From a virus: 58,287 nucleotides of DNA. Made by a program: the position numbers and the translations under genes. Shown one piece after another: positions 25,701 to 34,092 of the stretch. The stretch lies in IMG/VR virus record IMGVR_UViG_3300045988_068176, positions 1-58,287 of that record; one strand, written 5' to 3'. The first letter of the stretch is position 1. Each line of letters begins with the position of its first letter. The notes under the pieces are model-generated. The model was not told the DNA's origin, searched no databases, and saw nothing but the letters and a program-made list of their open reading frames with translations.

Positions 25701-26576
25701 GGTCATCGCTTTGGTCGGGTCAACGCCAAGCAAACCCTGCATCTTGCTAATGAGCGTATCGGCTTCACCGCTCAAATTGCCCATAGCATTATGGAACAGG
25801 TCTGTCGCTTCATAGAAGTCGTTAAACTTCGCAACAGCGTTGCCAAGATAATCAGCGATAGCTTTCAGCGAAACCAGCTTTGCCATGTTCCGCATAAAGC
25901 CGTTCATCTGATTGGACAGACTGAGATAGCTCTTGCGCTGCTTTTCGTTGGCCGCGGTCACACGGTTCGCCTGTGTGACCACCTTGCTCAACTGCGGAGG
26001 GAGCTTTGAAAAAGCATTGCCCACTTTGTCAAGCTGAGACGCAAGGGGAGTAAGAGCAGCAGAAATCTTCTGACAAGAGTTTGCAAAAGAATCAAGGTCT
26101 GTCGCTTTCAGCTTGTCGGTCAGGTCAGGAACTTTTCCGATCGCATTGAAAGCGCTTCCAAGAGCTTTAAGGTTCGATGCGTCCAGAATGGACAGCGGAG
26201 CCAAAGCGTTAGTGAGCTGAGTAATGCTTCCAGACATGGAGTAAAAGTCCACGCCGTTCAAGCCCGACACAGCCGCAGGAATCTTCTTGATTGCGTTCAC
26301 GACCGTGTTGATGCTCTTTGCGCTTGCGGTCGGGTTAGCGTTTGAAAGTCCATTTAGAAAGCTGGTAATTTTGTCCAGCCCAGACATTCCAGAGGATGCC
26401 TGTTTCAGCGTTGCAATGGAACCAGCCAGCCTGTCAAGGCTGTTTACAACTTTTGTGACGTTGCCTTTCGTCCGCAAATTAGAAATGGCGGTAGCGAGCT
26501 TGTCGATATTAAGCTCTGCGCCCTGCGATTCCGCAGAAATCTCTACGGATAAGCTCGTAATATCAACATCAGCCAT
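22707..26576 (-). CDS. tape measure protein
   Basis: About 1290 aa; helical with Gly-rich TM-like segments; follows the G/T chaperones. Confidence 0.9.
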   Translation of the reverse strand: MADVDITSLSVEISAESQGAELNIDKLATAISNLRTKGNVTKVVNSLDRLAGSIATLKQASSGMSGLDKITSFLNGLSNANPTASAKSINTVVNAIKKIPAAVSGLNGVDFYSMSGSITQLTNALAPLSILDASNLKALGSAFNAIGKVPDLTDKLKATDLDSFANSCQKISAALTPLASQLDKVGNAFSKLPPQLSKVVTQANRVTAANEKQRKSYLSLSNQMNGFMRNMAKLVSLKAIADYLGNAVAKFNDFYEATDLFHNAMGNLSGEADTLISKMQGLLGVDPTKAMTYMATIQSLGTSFGLTSDKAYILSKNLTQLAYDEGSYWNKDVAETFTAMSSAISGEIEPIRRLGIDLSQARLQQELLALGFNKQVSSLSQADKAVLRYIAIMKQTANVQGNLAQTIQSPANQIKILKAQLDMLAKSVGSLLYPAMKSILPPLIAAVQLIRELVEWVAKLMGVKVVFTDFTKSADSVGGIGDAMDDTADSTKKAAKALKDYTMGFDELNIIDPTQGSSGSGGGASAGNILGDVDLSGYDMFKQYNEEFAKQIDAIKQKIKAMLPLIATVATAFAAWKLTNLITDIVDAISKMNALKSIVLGLGVFTVGIVLEITGIKDAIENGVNGKNFAEIVLGALIGTTGAAILGKGIAQFIVTGFGNTAVGAAIKAAGGSTAGAIIGAAVGGVVTGIPMFVTGVYDAVKNGLNTLNGILIPLGSTMTGAGIGAIIGSLGGPIGTGIGALIGLIVGGLTDVGIAIYQNWDKITESLDKASESLKNWFVGVGEWWNEKWQGFSANFQTAWESLPGFVQHPIQALDQASAGLKQWFVGVGEWWNQKWAGFKENWDKAWNSLVDTIKNLPAKFLDYGKNIVQGLIDGINKGIENAKKTVGGLAKAIIDKFTTDTDINSPSKVFEQFGIYVDQGLANGIAAAQGYVDEAMQGLINGVTNAGNQFIEQGKQTGIGFVNNLDQTLTSTWQQLDTNLQNDFFGTIQNLWEAAQSGDVKTIGTTIAAVLWHAMGEEQRTQIKTIATNMITDLSTQLTNALSTLSAQAYQIGGELLNGITSKFGEILQKTKQLGGSLSSTFQAVRGPLKSVATAISAALSGGLASAFPTIYASMGTLISTIGASFVAMLNAIGAALSATIFGIPAGLVALGAAAVLAASIASIAGGMGGKKSSSSSSYGSTGYDESDLGQIDYSNVPGTSQYNDANSGLQSSYTASATQQLSASEIKEAVYNGAYNALLDYKQRYSHEDKNNIIKLFIDGKQVTAAVEKTQSDRGRAIMGNEAYSY

Positions 26577-27003
26577 CACTACCACCATCACTTTCCATCA
26601 TAGAGAACATCATTCTCTTGATTCGCTCCTGCGCCTCAACTGCGCGTTGGTATTCATACTCGTCTTTCTCCTTTTGGGTAAGGGGAATCGGCCTATCCAT
26701 GTACTTGATGGGGCTAGACCCTTTCTTTCGGAACATATTGCCAACCGTAGAGGAAAGTGCAGATGCCATGTAAAAGCCATTTCTCCACGCTTCTGTGTTG
26801 GCTCTGCGTTCCCGTAGCTCCTCTGCGTCACGGTAAACTTTTGCCAGCCAGACATCGCCGTACCAGAACTGGTCGTATGTCATGCCGATGGAGATGTAAT
26901 AGGCTTCTACATCGTGGAACAGCTTGGAGAAGGAGAGTGGTTCTCCCTCTCCGTCCGCTTCCTGAGATTGTGCGGTTACACAATCTCCCACGTTGCGTTT
27001 TTT
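26569..27003 (-). CDS. tail assembly chaperone, -1 frameshift extension (gpT-like part)
   Basis: The ORF overlapping the gpG-like gene is open in the -1 frame from the AAAAAAC slippery site. Confidence 0.7.
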   Translation of the reverse strand, partial: KKRNVGDCVTAQSQEADGEGEPLSFSKLFHDVEAYYISIGMTYDQFWYGDVWLAKVYRDAEELRERRANTEAWRNGFYMASALSSTVGNMFRKKGSSPIKYMDRPIPLTQKEKDEYEYQRAVEAQERIKRMMFSMMESDGGSDG

Positions 27004-27323
27004 GCGGTCTTGTCCTCAGTGTCAGTTGCCAGCAGAGACTTGGAAGCGTCCATGAACATCTCAAGCAGAATGCCCATCAGGTCTTCCTTCTCCTCGATGT
27101 GCTGGAACATCTCGTCAACGACCTTGCGCTTGATGCCCTTGTTCCGTGCGATGAAAGCGCCGTAGAACAGAGCGCGAGAGTTGGACAGCAGATTGGTCAT
27201 CTGGGTGTACTGACCAATCTGAAAACCTGCACGCTCGGTGGCTTCCACGCTGTCACGGGTGAAAGTCAGCTCATAAGTGTTCTTACCATCGGGGGAATGA
27301 AAGTTGATAACTTTAGTAGCCAT
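26976..27323 (-). CDS. tail assembly chaperone (gpG-like)
   Basis: 115 aa between the major tail protein and the tape measure. Confidence 0.75.
   Translation of the reverse strand: MATKVINFHSPDGKNTYELTFTRDSVEATERAGFQIGQYTQMTNLLSNSRALFYGAFIARNKGIKRKVVDEMFQHIEEKEDLMGILLEMFMDASKSLLATDTEDKTAKNATWEIV
26997..27003 (-). promoter_or_regulatory. -1 programmed frameshift slippery heptamer A_AAA_AAC
   Basis: Minus strand GCA AAA AAC, 5 codons before the gpG stop; the -1 frame continues as ..KKRNVGDCVTAQ.. Confidence 0.7.
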
Positions 27324-27407
27324 AATAAATGCTCTCCTTTATAAATAGGGGCAGAACCAAATCCGATGTTCAGTTCTGCCCAGTTTGATTGATTTGATTT
27401 TTGCGGT

Positions 27408-27845
27408 TTAGCCGCCGTTGACAGTCAGGGTCTCGCTGAACTCAGGCTTCTTGGTGAAGATGCAGTTGATGGTCATTTCCACAACCTCGTCCACGCCAAA
27501 GCCGGACAAGCCGACTTGGTGCATACCCTGCCAAGTGAAGCCGGAGCCGTCCTGCATCTTCAGGGCGTAATACTTCACGGTGTTGCTCTCGGAAGTCTCA
27601 TCGTAGCCAGCTTCCTTGACCTTCTTGTAGTCAGTCTTGTTGTAGTTGGCAGTAAAGGACTTGGTGTCACTCTGGATAATGCCAAAGATGTTGACCTGCA
27701 TAGGGTCAGACAAAGTAGTGGCATCCAGAAGGTTCGGCTCGGAGATCAGGTCGGGCACATCCTTGATGTCGCACAGCTTCGTCAGAGCGGTTGCGCTGTC
27801 GCCACAATACAGGGTGGTATTCAGACCGGAGATAGCAGTACTCAT
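27408..27845 (-). CDS. major tail protein
   Basis: 145 aa; position and size; strong RBS. Confidence 0.7.
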   Translation of the reverse strand: MSTAISGLNTTLYCGDSATALTKLCDIKDVPDLISEPNLLDATTLSDPMQVNIFGIIQSDTKSFTANYNKTDYKKVKEAGYDETSESNTVKYYALKMQDGSGFTWQGMHQVGLSGFGVDEVVEMTINCIFTKKPEFSETLTVNGG

Positions 27846-27860
27846 AGAATGTTTACCTCC

Positions 27861-28262
27861 TTAGTTTCGGTAAATCATTCCGTCCTCTCCGATTGTTGCC
27901 CCGTAGCTGCAATCAATCCGATAGACGGAATTGTTATACAGCCCATTCAACGGGGCAAATGACTTGCGATAAAATTTAAGCGGTTCAAGAACAGAATCCA
28001 CGATGCCAACGATGGAACGTGCTTCTGCAATGCGTCCGGTGCTTTTATTGGAGTAGACCCGCACACGCAGGGAAACGGCAGCGTATTTGCTGTGACCAGC
28101 AGAATCAATATGTACAGGAAGATTGCTGTTTTCTTCTATCTGCACACACGGAAATTTCTTGACATTGCTGTCATTGATTTCACCGGTAACGAAAATGCCG
28201 GGAACTTGTTTTCGCAGTTCCTTAGCAACAGCCGTGAAGATAGAATTGAAATAATCAATCAA
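27861..28262 (-). CDS. tail completion/terminator protein
   Basis: 133 aa; synteny between the gp10-like gene and the major tail protein. Confidence 0.55.
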   Translation of the reverse strand: MIDYFNSIFTAVAKELRKQVPGIFVTGEINDSNVKKFPCVQIEENSNLPVHIDSAGHSKYAAVSLRVRVYSNKSTGRIAEARSIVGIVDSVLEPLKFYRKSFAPLNGLYNNSVYRIDCSYGATIGEDGMIYRN

Positions 28263-28780
28263 CTATTCCAAACCTCCCTCCACGTTGCTTCGACTTGAGA
28301 AGCCATTTCCTCAACAGCCCCCCACATAGCCATAGCTGGTTCGTTACCATCGGTGTAATTCAACTGGCCTTTGCCATCCACCTGTTTGACAGGCGTACCA
28401 GCATTGCCGGGGTCACCGTAGTAGTACCATCTGCGGTTTGCGCCTTGCCCTTTGCCATAGGAGCCATGCGCACCAACGCCGGGCGGTAGTTCACCGCCAT
28501 ACCCGTTGTGATGTGCGCCAGTACCGAACTCGATAAAGGCAACTGACTTGCCATCGGCAATGATGGCGCAAGTGTTTCCGTTCTGCTCAACACGGCAAGA
28601 AACATCGTTGCTACCGGCATATTCTGCATTGGAAAAGCGAACTTTCGCCACATCAAGCCCTTTGTCAGCTAACGCCTTTGCAAACTCCTGCGCCTTTTTG
28701 TTCAGGGTGGTCTTGTACTCCTGTATCCGATGTTCCGCATCACGAAGTCCGGCATCGCTCAACCTCACTTTAATTTTCAC
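28259..28780 (-). CDS. HK97 gp10-like head-tail joining protein
   Basis: MKIKVRLSDAGLRDAEHRIQEYKTTLNKKAQEFAKALADKG pattern. Confidence 0.6.
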   Translation of the reverse strand: MKIKVRLSDAGLRDAEHRIQEYKTTLNKKAQEFAKALADKGLDVAKVRFSNAEYAGSNDVSCRVEQNGNTCAIIADGKSVAFIEFGTGAHHNGYGGELPPGVGAHGSYGKGQGANRRWYYYGDPGNAGTPVKQVDGKGQLNYTDGNEPAMAMWGAVEEMASQVEATWREVWNS

Positions 28781-29147
28781 TTGTAGCCACCTCTTTCAGC
28801 GCATACAACGTGTCTGTGATATGCTCTGCGACTTTGACCACAGTGTAATTGAACGGCTTTGAAATGTCCGTCTGAAACCAGACGTGTGTGCCTTCGTAAA
28901 GCGGTGTGTTGCGCTTTTTGCTGGACGAGCTGACAACGTAGCTGTAATCCGTGAATGCTCCAAAAGGGTTTGCTTCCGCAGAACCAGTAGGAGGGCTGAC
29001 GTTCAGCATCAGCTTTGCGGGTTCGCTCCACGATTCGTATGCGGATTCGCCAGTCTCGTTGCCCCATTCGTCCACAACAGGCGTTTTCTCGCCAACCGGG
29101 TTTGAATACCACAGCGGGCGTTTATCCAGTGGGCTACCATTGAACAT
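28770..29147 (-). CDS. head closure/head-tail adaptor
   Basis: 125 aa; synteny. Confidence 0.55.
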   Translation of the reverse strand: MFNGSPLDKRPLWYSNPVGEKTPVVDEWGNETGESAYESWSEPAKLMLNVSPPTGSAEANPFGAFTDYSYVVSSSSKKRNTPLYEGTHVWFQTDISKPFNYTVVKVAEHITDTLYALKEVATSEN

Positions 29148-29491
29148 CAGCCGATAACACCTACTCTCGGAACTACTTCATTAAGCAGGGACTGTGCCAC
29201 ATCGGAACTTTCCCAAACACGAGTAATGCCGTTGTTGGTGTAGCTCGTCTGTCCGTTTGCGCCGATGTGGTTGTACAGTTCCGCTGCAATGCGTATCTGC
29301 AACGACTGATACTGCGAGGGCAACTCGTCCGGTCTGTTGCCGAAGGGGTATCCCTGCGCAAATATCTTATCTTTGGCGAAATCAAGCAGCAGGTCGAAGA
29401 GTGGGTAATCCTCGTCCGTGATTTCACGGTCAAGTGCAGGAGCAATGTACTGCCCCAGCTTGACTGCCGCTTCGGAATACTGGTCTCCCAT
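29147..29491 (-). CDS. gp6-like head-tail connector
   Basis: Start moved to MGDQYSEAAVKLGQYI behind AGGAGG. Confidence 0.55.
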   Translation of the reverse strand: MGDQYSEAAVKLGQYIAPALDREITDEDYPLFDLLLDFAKDKIFAQGYPFGNRPDELPSQYQSLQIRIAAELYNHIGANGQTSYTNNGITRVWESSDVAQSLLNEVVPRVGVIG

Positions 29492-29511
29492 GCTGCTTTC
29501 CTCCTTTCGCC

Positions 29512-30579
29512 TTAGTAAGCCTTGATGCAGTACACAGCGTCCATCTTCTGGAAGGACGGCAGGACAATTTCGGATGCGATGATGTTTGTGTTGACAGGGT
29601 GAGGTTCCTTGATAGTGGTGACCGCAACGCCGTTGTTTACGATAGAAACAGAAGCGTTCGTCATGCCCGCACGGAGGTCTGCCTCTTCGGGAGTAGTGCC
29701 ATACCACATCTCGCCGACCTTACCATCAGGAACCAGAACAACATAGCCATCCGGGATATATTTGACGGAATCGCCACCGCCTTCAGGCTGATACATTTTG
29801 TCGAACAGATGAATCTTGATGTCGGTAGTCTGCTCAACCAGGGCTCGTGCTTCACTCTGGGTAAGAACGGCAATAGACTTTGCCGTAACCGTCATGAAAC
29901 GGTTTTTCACCTCGTCAGAAGCAATCATCTTGTTCAGAGTGTTGGTGTTCATATAGGCGCGAGTGATGGTTTCGCCAACGTTTGCCGCAATCGCATCCTT
30001 CGCAGTGGCGAAATCGGTAAGGGGAGTAGAAGTGGTAACGTCCCACTTCGACTTGCCGGTAAGAGCCTTGTAGTTCTTTGCCTGCCAAGTGCCATCCGGG
30101 TCGTAATCGTAGATGTAGTTCACGCCGTTTGCCTTGATGGTGATACCGGGCTTGCCGTTCTCCGGGCAAAGCAGCTGCCACGCCATACGTTCAGGAACGA
30201 TTCGAGCACCAGTAATCAGCTCTGCGGCATCATCGAAAATTCGGCTGATGATTTCATCCGCAAAAGTGCTTTTGCTGTTCTGAATCTCCATCAGCATCTG
30301 ACGGTCTTTTTCGTCAATGTGAAAGCCCTCGCGGAAGAACGGCATCTCAGTCTCAGACATCTTGAAGCCCTTGCGCTCACGGAAAGTCGCCTTCGTGTCA
30401 AATGCACTCGGCATCAGGGAGATGCCAACGCCCTTGTGACCGCGAATCCACTTCAGCTCCAGACCGGCTTTCTTGCGCGGAGGGAACAGAGCATCAGAGC
30501 CGAACGCCTGAGCGTTGGTAACATCGTTCGTCCAATACTCAGCAAGTGCATCGGAAGTGAAATATTTCTGAAAATCCAT
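29512..30579 (-). CDS. major capsid protein (lambda gpE-like family)
   Basis: 355 aa; MDFQKYFTSDALAEYW...LFPPRKKAGLELKWIRGHKG pattern. Confidence 0.85.
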   Translation of the reverse strand: MDFQKYFTSDALAEYWTNDVTNAQAFGSDALFPPRKKAGLELKWIRGHKGVGISLMPSAFDTKATFRERKGFKMSETEMPFFREGFHIDEKDRQMLMEIQNSKSTFADEIISRIFDDAAELITGARIVPERMAWQLLCPENGKPGITIKANGVNYIYDYDPDGTWQAKNYKALTGKSKWDVTTSTPLTDFATAKDAIAANVGETITRAYMNTNTLNKMIASDEVKNRFMTVTAKSIAVLTQSEARALVEQTTDIKIHLFDKMYQPEGGGDSVKYIPDGYVVLVPDGKVGEMWYGTTPEEADLRAGMTNASVSIVNNGVAVTTIKEPHPVNTNIIASEIVLPSFQKMDAVYCIKAY

Positions 30580-30593
30580 ACGTTTTACCTCCG

Positions 30594-30965
30594 TTAAAGA
30601 TTGGTGCCGATGTTGTCACGGAAAAAGACTGCGGGAACAGCCTTGTGCAGAGCGGCAACGTCATCAGCAGTAAAGGAAAAGCCAGAACTTGCCTTCGCCT
30701 TTTTCTGGTCAACAACGCCCTGAATCAGCAGTGCGCCGTTGGGGTTGACGGACGGGTCAACGGTGTGCAGCAGAATACCAATCGCATCGGTAACCGCTGC
30801 ATCGGAAACCCCGGTAGTGGCAGAAGCCTTCTTGCCAGTTTTTGCCATGGGATAGCCAGCCTTTACAACATCGGTTTCGGTCACAGTAAAGGGAATGGCA
30901 ACGTAGGTATCAGCAGCCAGAATAGTGCTTTCAGGAGCCGATACCGGAGTAGTAGTATACTTCAT
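30594..30965 (-). CDS. head decoration-like protein
   Basis: 123 aa immediately upstream of the capsid gene. Confidence 0.5.
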   Translation of the reverse strand: MKYTTTPVSAPESTILAADTYVAIPFTVTETDVVKAGYPMAKTGKKASATTGVSDAAVTDAIGILLHTVDPSVNPNGALLIQGVVDQKKAKASSGFSFTADDVAALHKAVPAVFFRDNIGTNL

Positions 30966-30975
30966 GTTTTCCTCC

Positions 30976-31557
30976 TTAATGGAAAGCGTTCAGTGCGTCA
31001 CTCGATGCCTTATTTTCGGCATTCTTTCTTGCTGCAAGGCTCTTGGCAAACGCCACGCCCTCACTGTCAGAGCTGCCATTGCCATCCGCACCCGGAGGTG
31101 TGGGCATATCCTTCAGCAAGGAAGCCTTGTAAGCGGTGTCGTGGGCAGTCATAAACTCCGACTGGAACTTAAACACCTTGTCCATGTCACCGTCAGCCAG
31201 TGCAGACGCAGCCTTGTTAGCAAGTTCAGCGTCATACCCCTGTGCAACGAACTTTTCACGGTAAGATGCAAGGGTCTTTTCCTTGACGAGGTTTTCTTTG
31301 TCGGCAGTCAGAGCTTCAATCTGCTTCTGCATCTCTGCCAGCTTGTCAGCCTGTTCCTGTGCGGCGTTCTCGTCATCGGTGCGCTTTGCCTTGAGCTGCT
31401 TCTTGTATTCGGCAGCTTCGCCATTGGCTTTCGTCACGGCGTTGCGCAGCTTCTCAACCTCTGCGTTAGGGTCTGCAACCTTTTCAAGCGCAGAAATGAT
31501 TTCATCGGCGGTCATGCCCTCTTTGTAGGCATCACCAAGCAACACATTGAGTTTCAT
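30976..31557 (-). CDS. scaffolding protein (GP20-like)
   Basis: Helical, Lys/Glu/Ala-rich; between portal and capsid; start chosen at MKLNVLLGDAY. Confidence 0.7.
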   Translation of the reverse strand: MKLNVLLGDAYKEGMTADEIISALEKVADPNAEVEKLRNAVTKANGEAAEYKKQLKAKRTDDENAAQEQADKLAEMQKQIEALTADKENLVKEKTLASYREKFVAQGYDAELANKAASALADGDMDKVFKFQSEFMTAHDTAYKASLLKDMPTPPGADGNGSSDSEGVAFAKSLAARKNAENKASSDALNAFH

Positions 31558-31651
31558 ATCGTTAATTTCCTCCTGCGTTTTTTTACCGTTGCTTCCCTGC
31601 AACGCTGCGAAATTTGTATCCCGGCTTCCCTGCCGTGTTTATGGCAAAGGA

Positions 31652-33166
31652 CTATTCATCCTCTGTTTCTTTATTGGTATCAGTAGACTGTTTATCTGCT
31701 ATGTTCCCGACATTTGTGCCGGTAGCATCCTGTTTAGGCTGTTCCTGTGGCTTCGGTGCTTCCCCATCCTCGCCCAGCTTGCCAGCGGCAATTAGGAAAG
31801 GCTTGCTCATTTCATAAGCAGCCTGCGGGTCAGGGAAAAGACCGGGCGTGGTGAACGCCAACTGCGGGTCAATCGGCTGCTGAATCATCTGTGCGAAAAT
31901 CTGAACCTTGCTCTGCTGGTTGTCGTACTGGCGGCGTGGCAGTTTGATGTTGATGTCACTTGACATCAGCTTAGAACCAGCCGTGTCACGCAAAATTTTT
32001 AGCATCACAGACAGGCTCTGGCGCTCAGCGTACTTGAACATATTCTCGTACTGCTGCGCCCTTGCTTCGGTGTGATTCCAGCCGTTGCGGACGATGACTG
32101 CGCCCACGTTGTCGGAGGTTGCGTTCTCGCTGCCAGTGGCACTTGGCATAGCAGTCAGACTGCGGTACACGTTCAACATGGAGTCAAGCAGGGTCTGGCT
32201 CTGCTGCTGGTCAAGCTCGTTTGCAATCTGCGATACAGAAGCGGGCAGACCAGAAGTGGATTTCAGGCACATTGCGCCAAGCTCTTTTACTTGGTCAAGA
32301 GCATCCTTGTCCACAAGGCAGTTGGTAAACACCATGATGGACTGGATGAACTGCGCCACACCATCCAGACGATTGCTTTCAAGGTCGTTGATGGCATCCA
32401 GCACAGGAATAGCAGGTTCAAACAGACCCATACGCTCAGGGTTCAGCTTGTATTCGACCATCGGCAGCATTCCAAGAGAATGATTCTCCGATTTTGTGAC
32501 CTTGCCGTTGTCGATTTCAAAATACTGGTTTGGCGTGTACACGCAAATCAAGTCGTTCAAGTCGTTCTGATAATTGCGTGGGATGTGCAGCACGTTGGCG
32601 ATAGGCTTATGCCCGATGCCGGAGTTATAAATCACATACGCCATGTCCGGGTCGGGAACGTCCACTAGCAGGGGCGTTTCGTCCGGGTAGTTGCCGTTGT
32701 ACCCCTTGTCAGGAAGAACAATGCGATATCCCTGTCCGCACTCCAGCATCCACTGCCATAGCCGCCGATCAAGTGCATCCTTGCCCTCATACTGCAAGGC
32801 GTTGGACAGGCGGGCGATTTCCTCACCGTCACCTGTTGCCGTTTCAGACCGCACATAAGAGCAGGGAGTGCCACTCATGTAACCGGTGTAAAAGCCCACG
32901 CACTCGTTGGCGTGGTTCTCTACAATGCGATTGGTGATTTCAGCGTGATATTCTTTCGTGCGATGGAGGACAGGCTGGCTACCCAAGTAGTAGTTATGCA
33001 GAAAGCGAATCTCGTTCTTATTCAGCAAATGAATAGGCTCTGCTTTGCCCATGACCACTTTCAGCACGTTTGCCCGATTGATTTCCGTTTCCGGCGTTTC
33101 AATCGGTCTACGTCCGGTTAGCGGCTCATTCAAAAAGCCACCAACAACCGTCTGATACTCAGCCAT
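31652..33166 (-). CDS. portal protein
   Basis: About 504 aa; start MAEYQTVVGG behind AAGGAGG; SPP1 gp6-like size and position. Confidence 0.85.
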   Translation of the reverse strand: MAEYQTVVGGFLNEPLTGRRPIETPETEINRANVLKVVMGKAEPIHLLNKNEIRFLHNYYLGSQPVLHRTKEYHAEITNRIVENHANECVGFYTGYMSGTPCSYVRSETATGDGEEIARLSNALQYEGKDALDRRLWQWMLECGQGYRIVLPDKGYNGNYPDETPLLVDVPDPDMAYVIYNSGIGHKPIANVLHIPRNYQNDLNDLICVYTPNQYFEIDNGKVTKSENHSLGMLPMVEYKLNPERMGLFEPAIPVLDAINDLESNRLDGVAQFIQSIMVFTNCLVDKDALDQVKELGAMCLKSTSGLPASVSQIANELDQQQSQTLLDSMLNVYRSLTAMPSATGSENATSDNVGAVIVRNGWNHTEARAQQYENMFKYAERQSLSVMLKILRDTAGSKLMSSDINIKLPRRQYDNQQSKVQIFAQMIQQPIDPQLAFTTPGLFPDPQAAYEMSKPFLIAAGKLGEDGEAPKPQEQPKQDATGTNVGNIADKQSTDTNKETEDE

Positions 33167-33258
33167 GTTTTCCTCCTTTCCGGCAAAATAAAAAGCGCAG
33201 CAAGACAAACCTGTTAAGGTCTATCTCACTGCGCTTACAACTGCGCTTCAAAAGCTAT

Positions 33259-33447
33259 TCAGTTTTTGAACTTTGGTACGGAGACCCATGTATCTTTTGG
33301 AAAGTTGGAATCTCCAATTGTAATCCAATGGCAAAGAGGGCACAGAAGAGAGAACTTGCCTTCCACTTCACCAAGGTAACGTCCGCAATCGCACGGATTT
33401 CCGTTTGCGTCCTCGCGGGGATGCTTGCATCTGACTTTTGCTTTCAT
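33259..33447 (-). CDS. small zinc-finger protein
   Basis: 62 aa; CxC...CPLCH. Confidence 0.5.
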   Translation of the reverse strand: MKAKVRCKHPREDANGNPCDCGRYLGEVEGKFSLLCPLCHWITIGDSNFPKDTWVSVPKFKN

Positions 33448-33607
33448 CTGCGCTCCTTTCCTAATATTCCTGGAAACAGGCTGTTGAGCACAGACCTGTT
33501 AGAAGCTGCTGGGAAACTGTTCGCACTTCCAGCCGTGCTATTCTCCGCCTAGAGAAACCATTGCAGCTATTTCATTCTGCTGTCGGACAGATGTTGGGCT
33601 GCAATTT

Positions 33608-33685
33608 TGGTGCTGCATAATGGATTTGAACCAATGTATGTCCGGTTATGAGCCGAATGCTCTAGCCATACTGAGCTAATGCAAC
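33608..33685 (-). tRNA. tRNA-Met/Ile2 (anticodon CAT), CCA encoded
   Basis: Hand-folded: acceptor GTTGCAT/ATGCAGC, D-arm GCTC..GAGC, anticodon loop CTCATAA, T-arm ATTGG-TTCAAAT-CCATT, then ACCA. G1-C72 pair argues against an initiator. Confidence 0.8.
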
Positions 33686-33817
33686 ATAAAGACCCGGCTT
33701 GATTCATCGTTGCTCTTTGAAATGGTAAAATGTCCAAAAACCATTTCATCGAGAGCCGGGAATAACGATTGGAGGTTGTAAAAGGAAAATTTCCATGAAA
33801 ACAAAAGTGAATCGTTG

Positions 33818-33901
33818 TGCTGCGTGACGGATTTGAACCGCCTTATTCTGGAAGTCAAGATTTTAAGGGCGAACCAGACCCCATCCAACACGGGACGCAA
33901 C
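33818..33901 (-). ncRNA. tRNA-like element with non-canonical core
   Basis: Perfect acceptor GTTGCGT/ACGCAGC and T-arm GGCGG-TTCAAAT-CCGTC. No standard D-arm; the TCTGG/CCAGA stem encloses 22 nt instead of a 7-nt loop; no CCA. Confidence 0.45.
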
Positions 33902-34092
33902 TTATATATCCCAGCAATGGGAAAGATCGTGGAAACCATTGCTGGGCAGAAAGGAGAACGCCTGCAAAGCATTCAGCTCGGAGCCGTAAAGCTTGTAGCA
34001 GGCATCATGCCGGAGTAGCCAACTCCTTACACACATTATACCAAAAGCAACGATATAAAGTCAATAAATTAAATTATACGTTACCACTTTTT

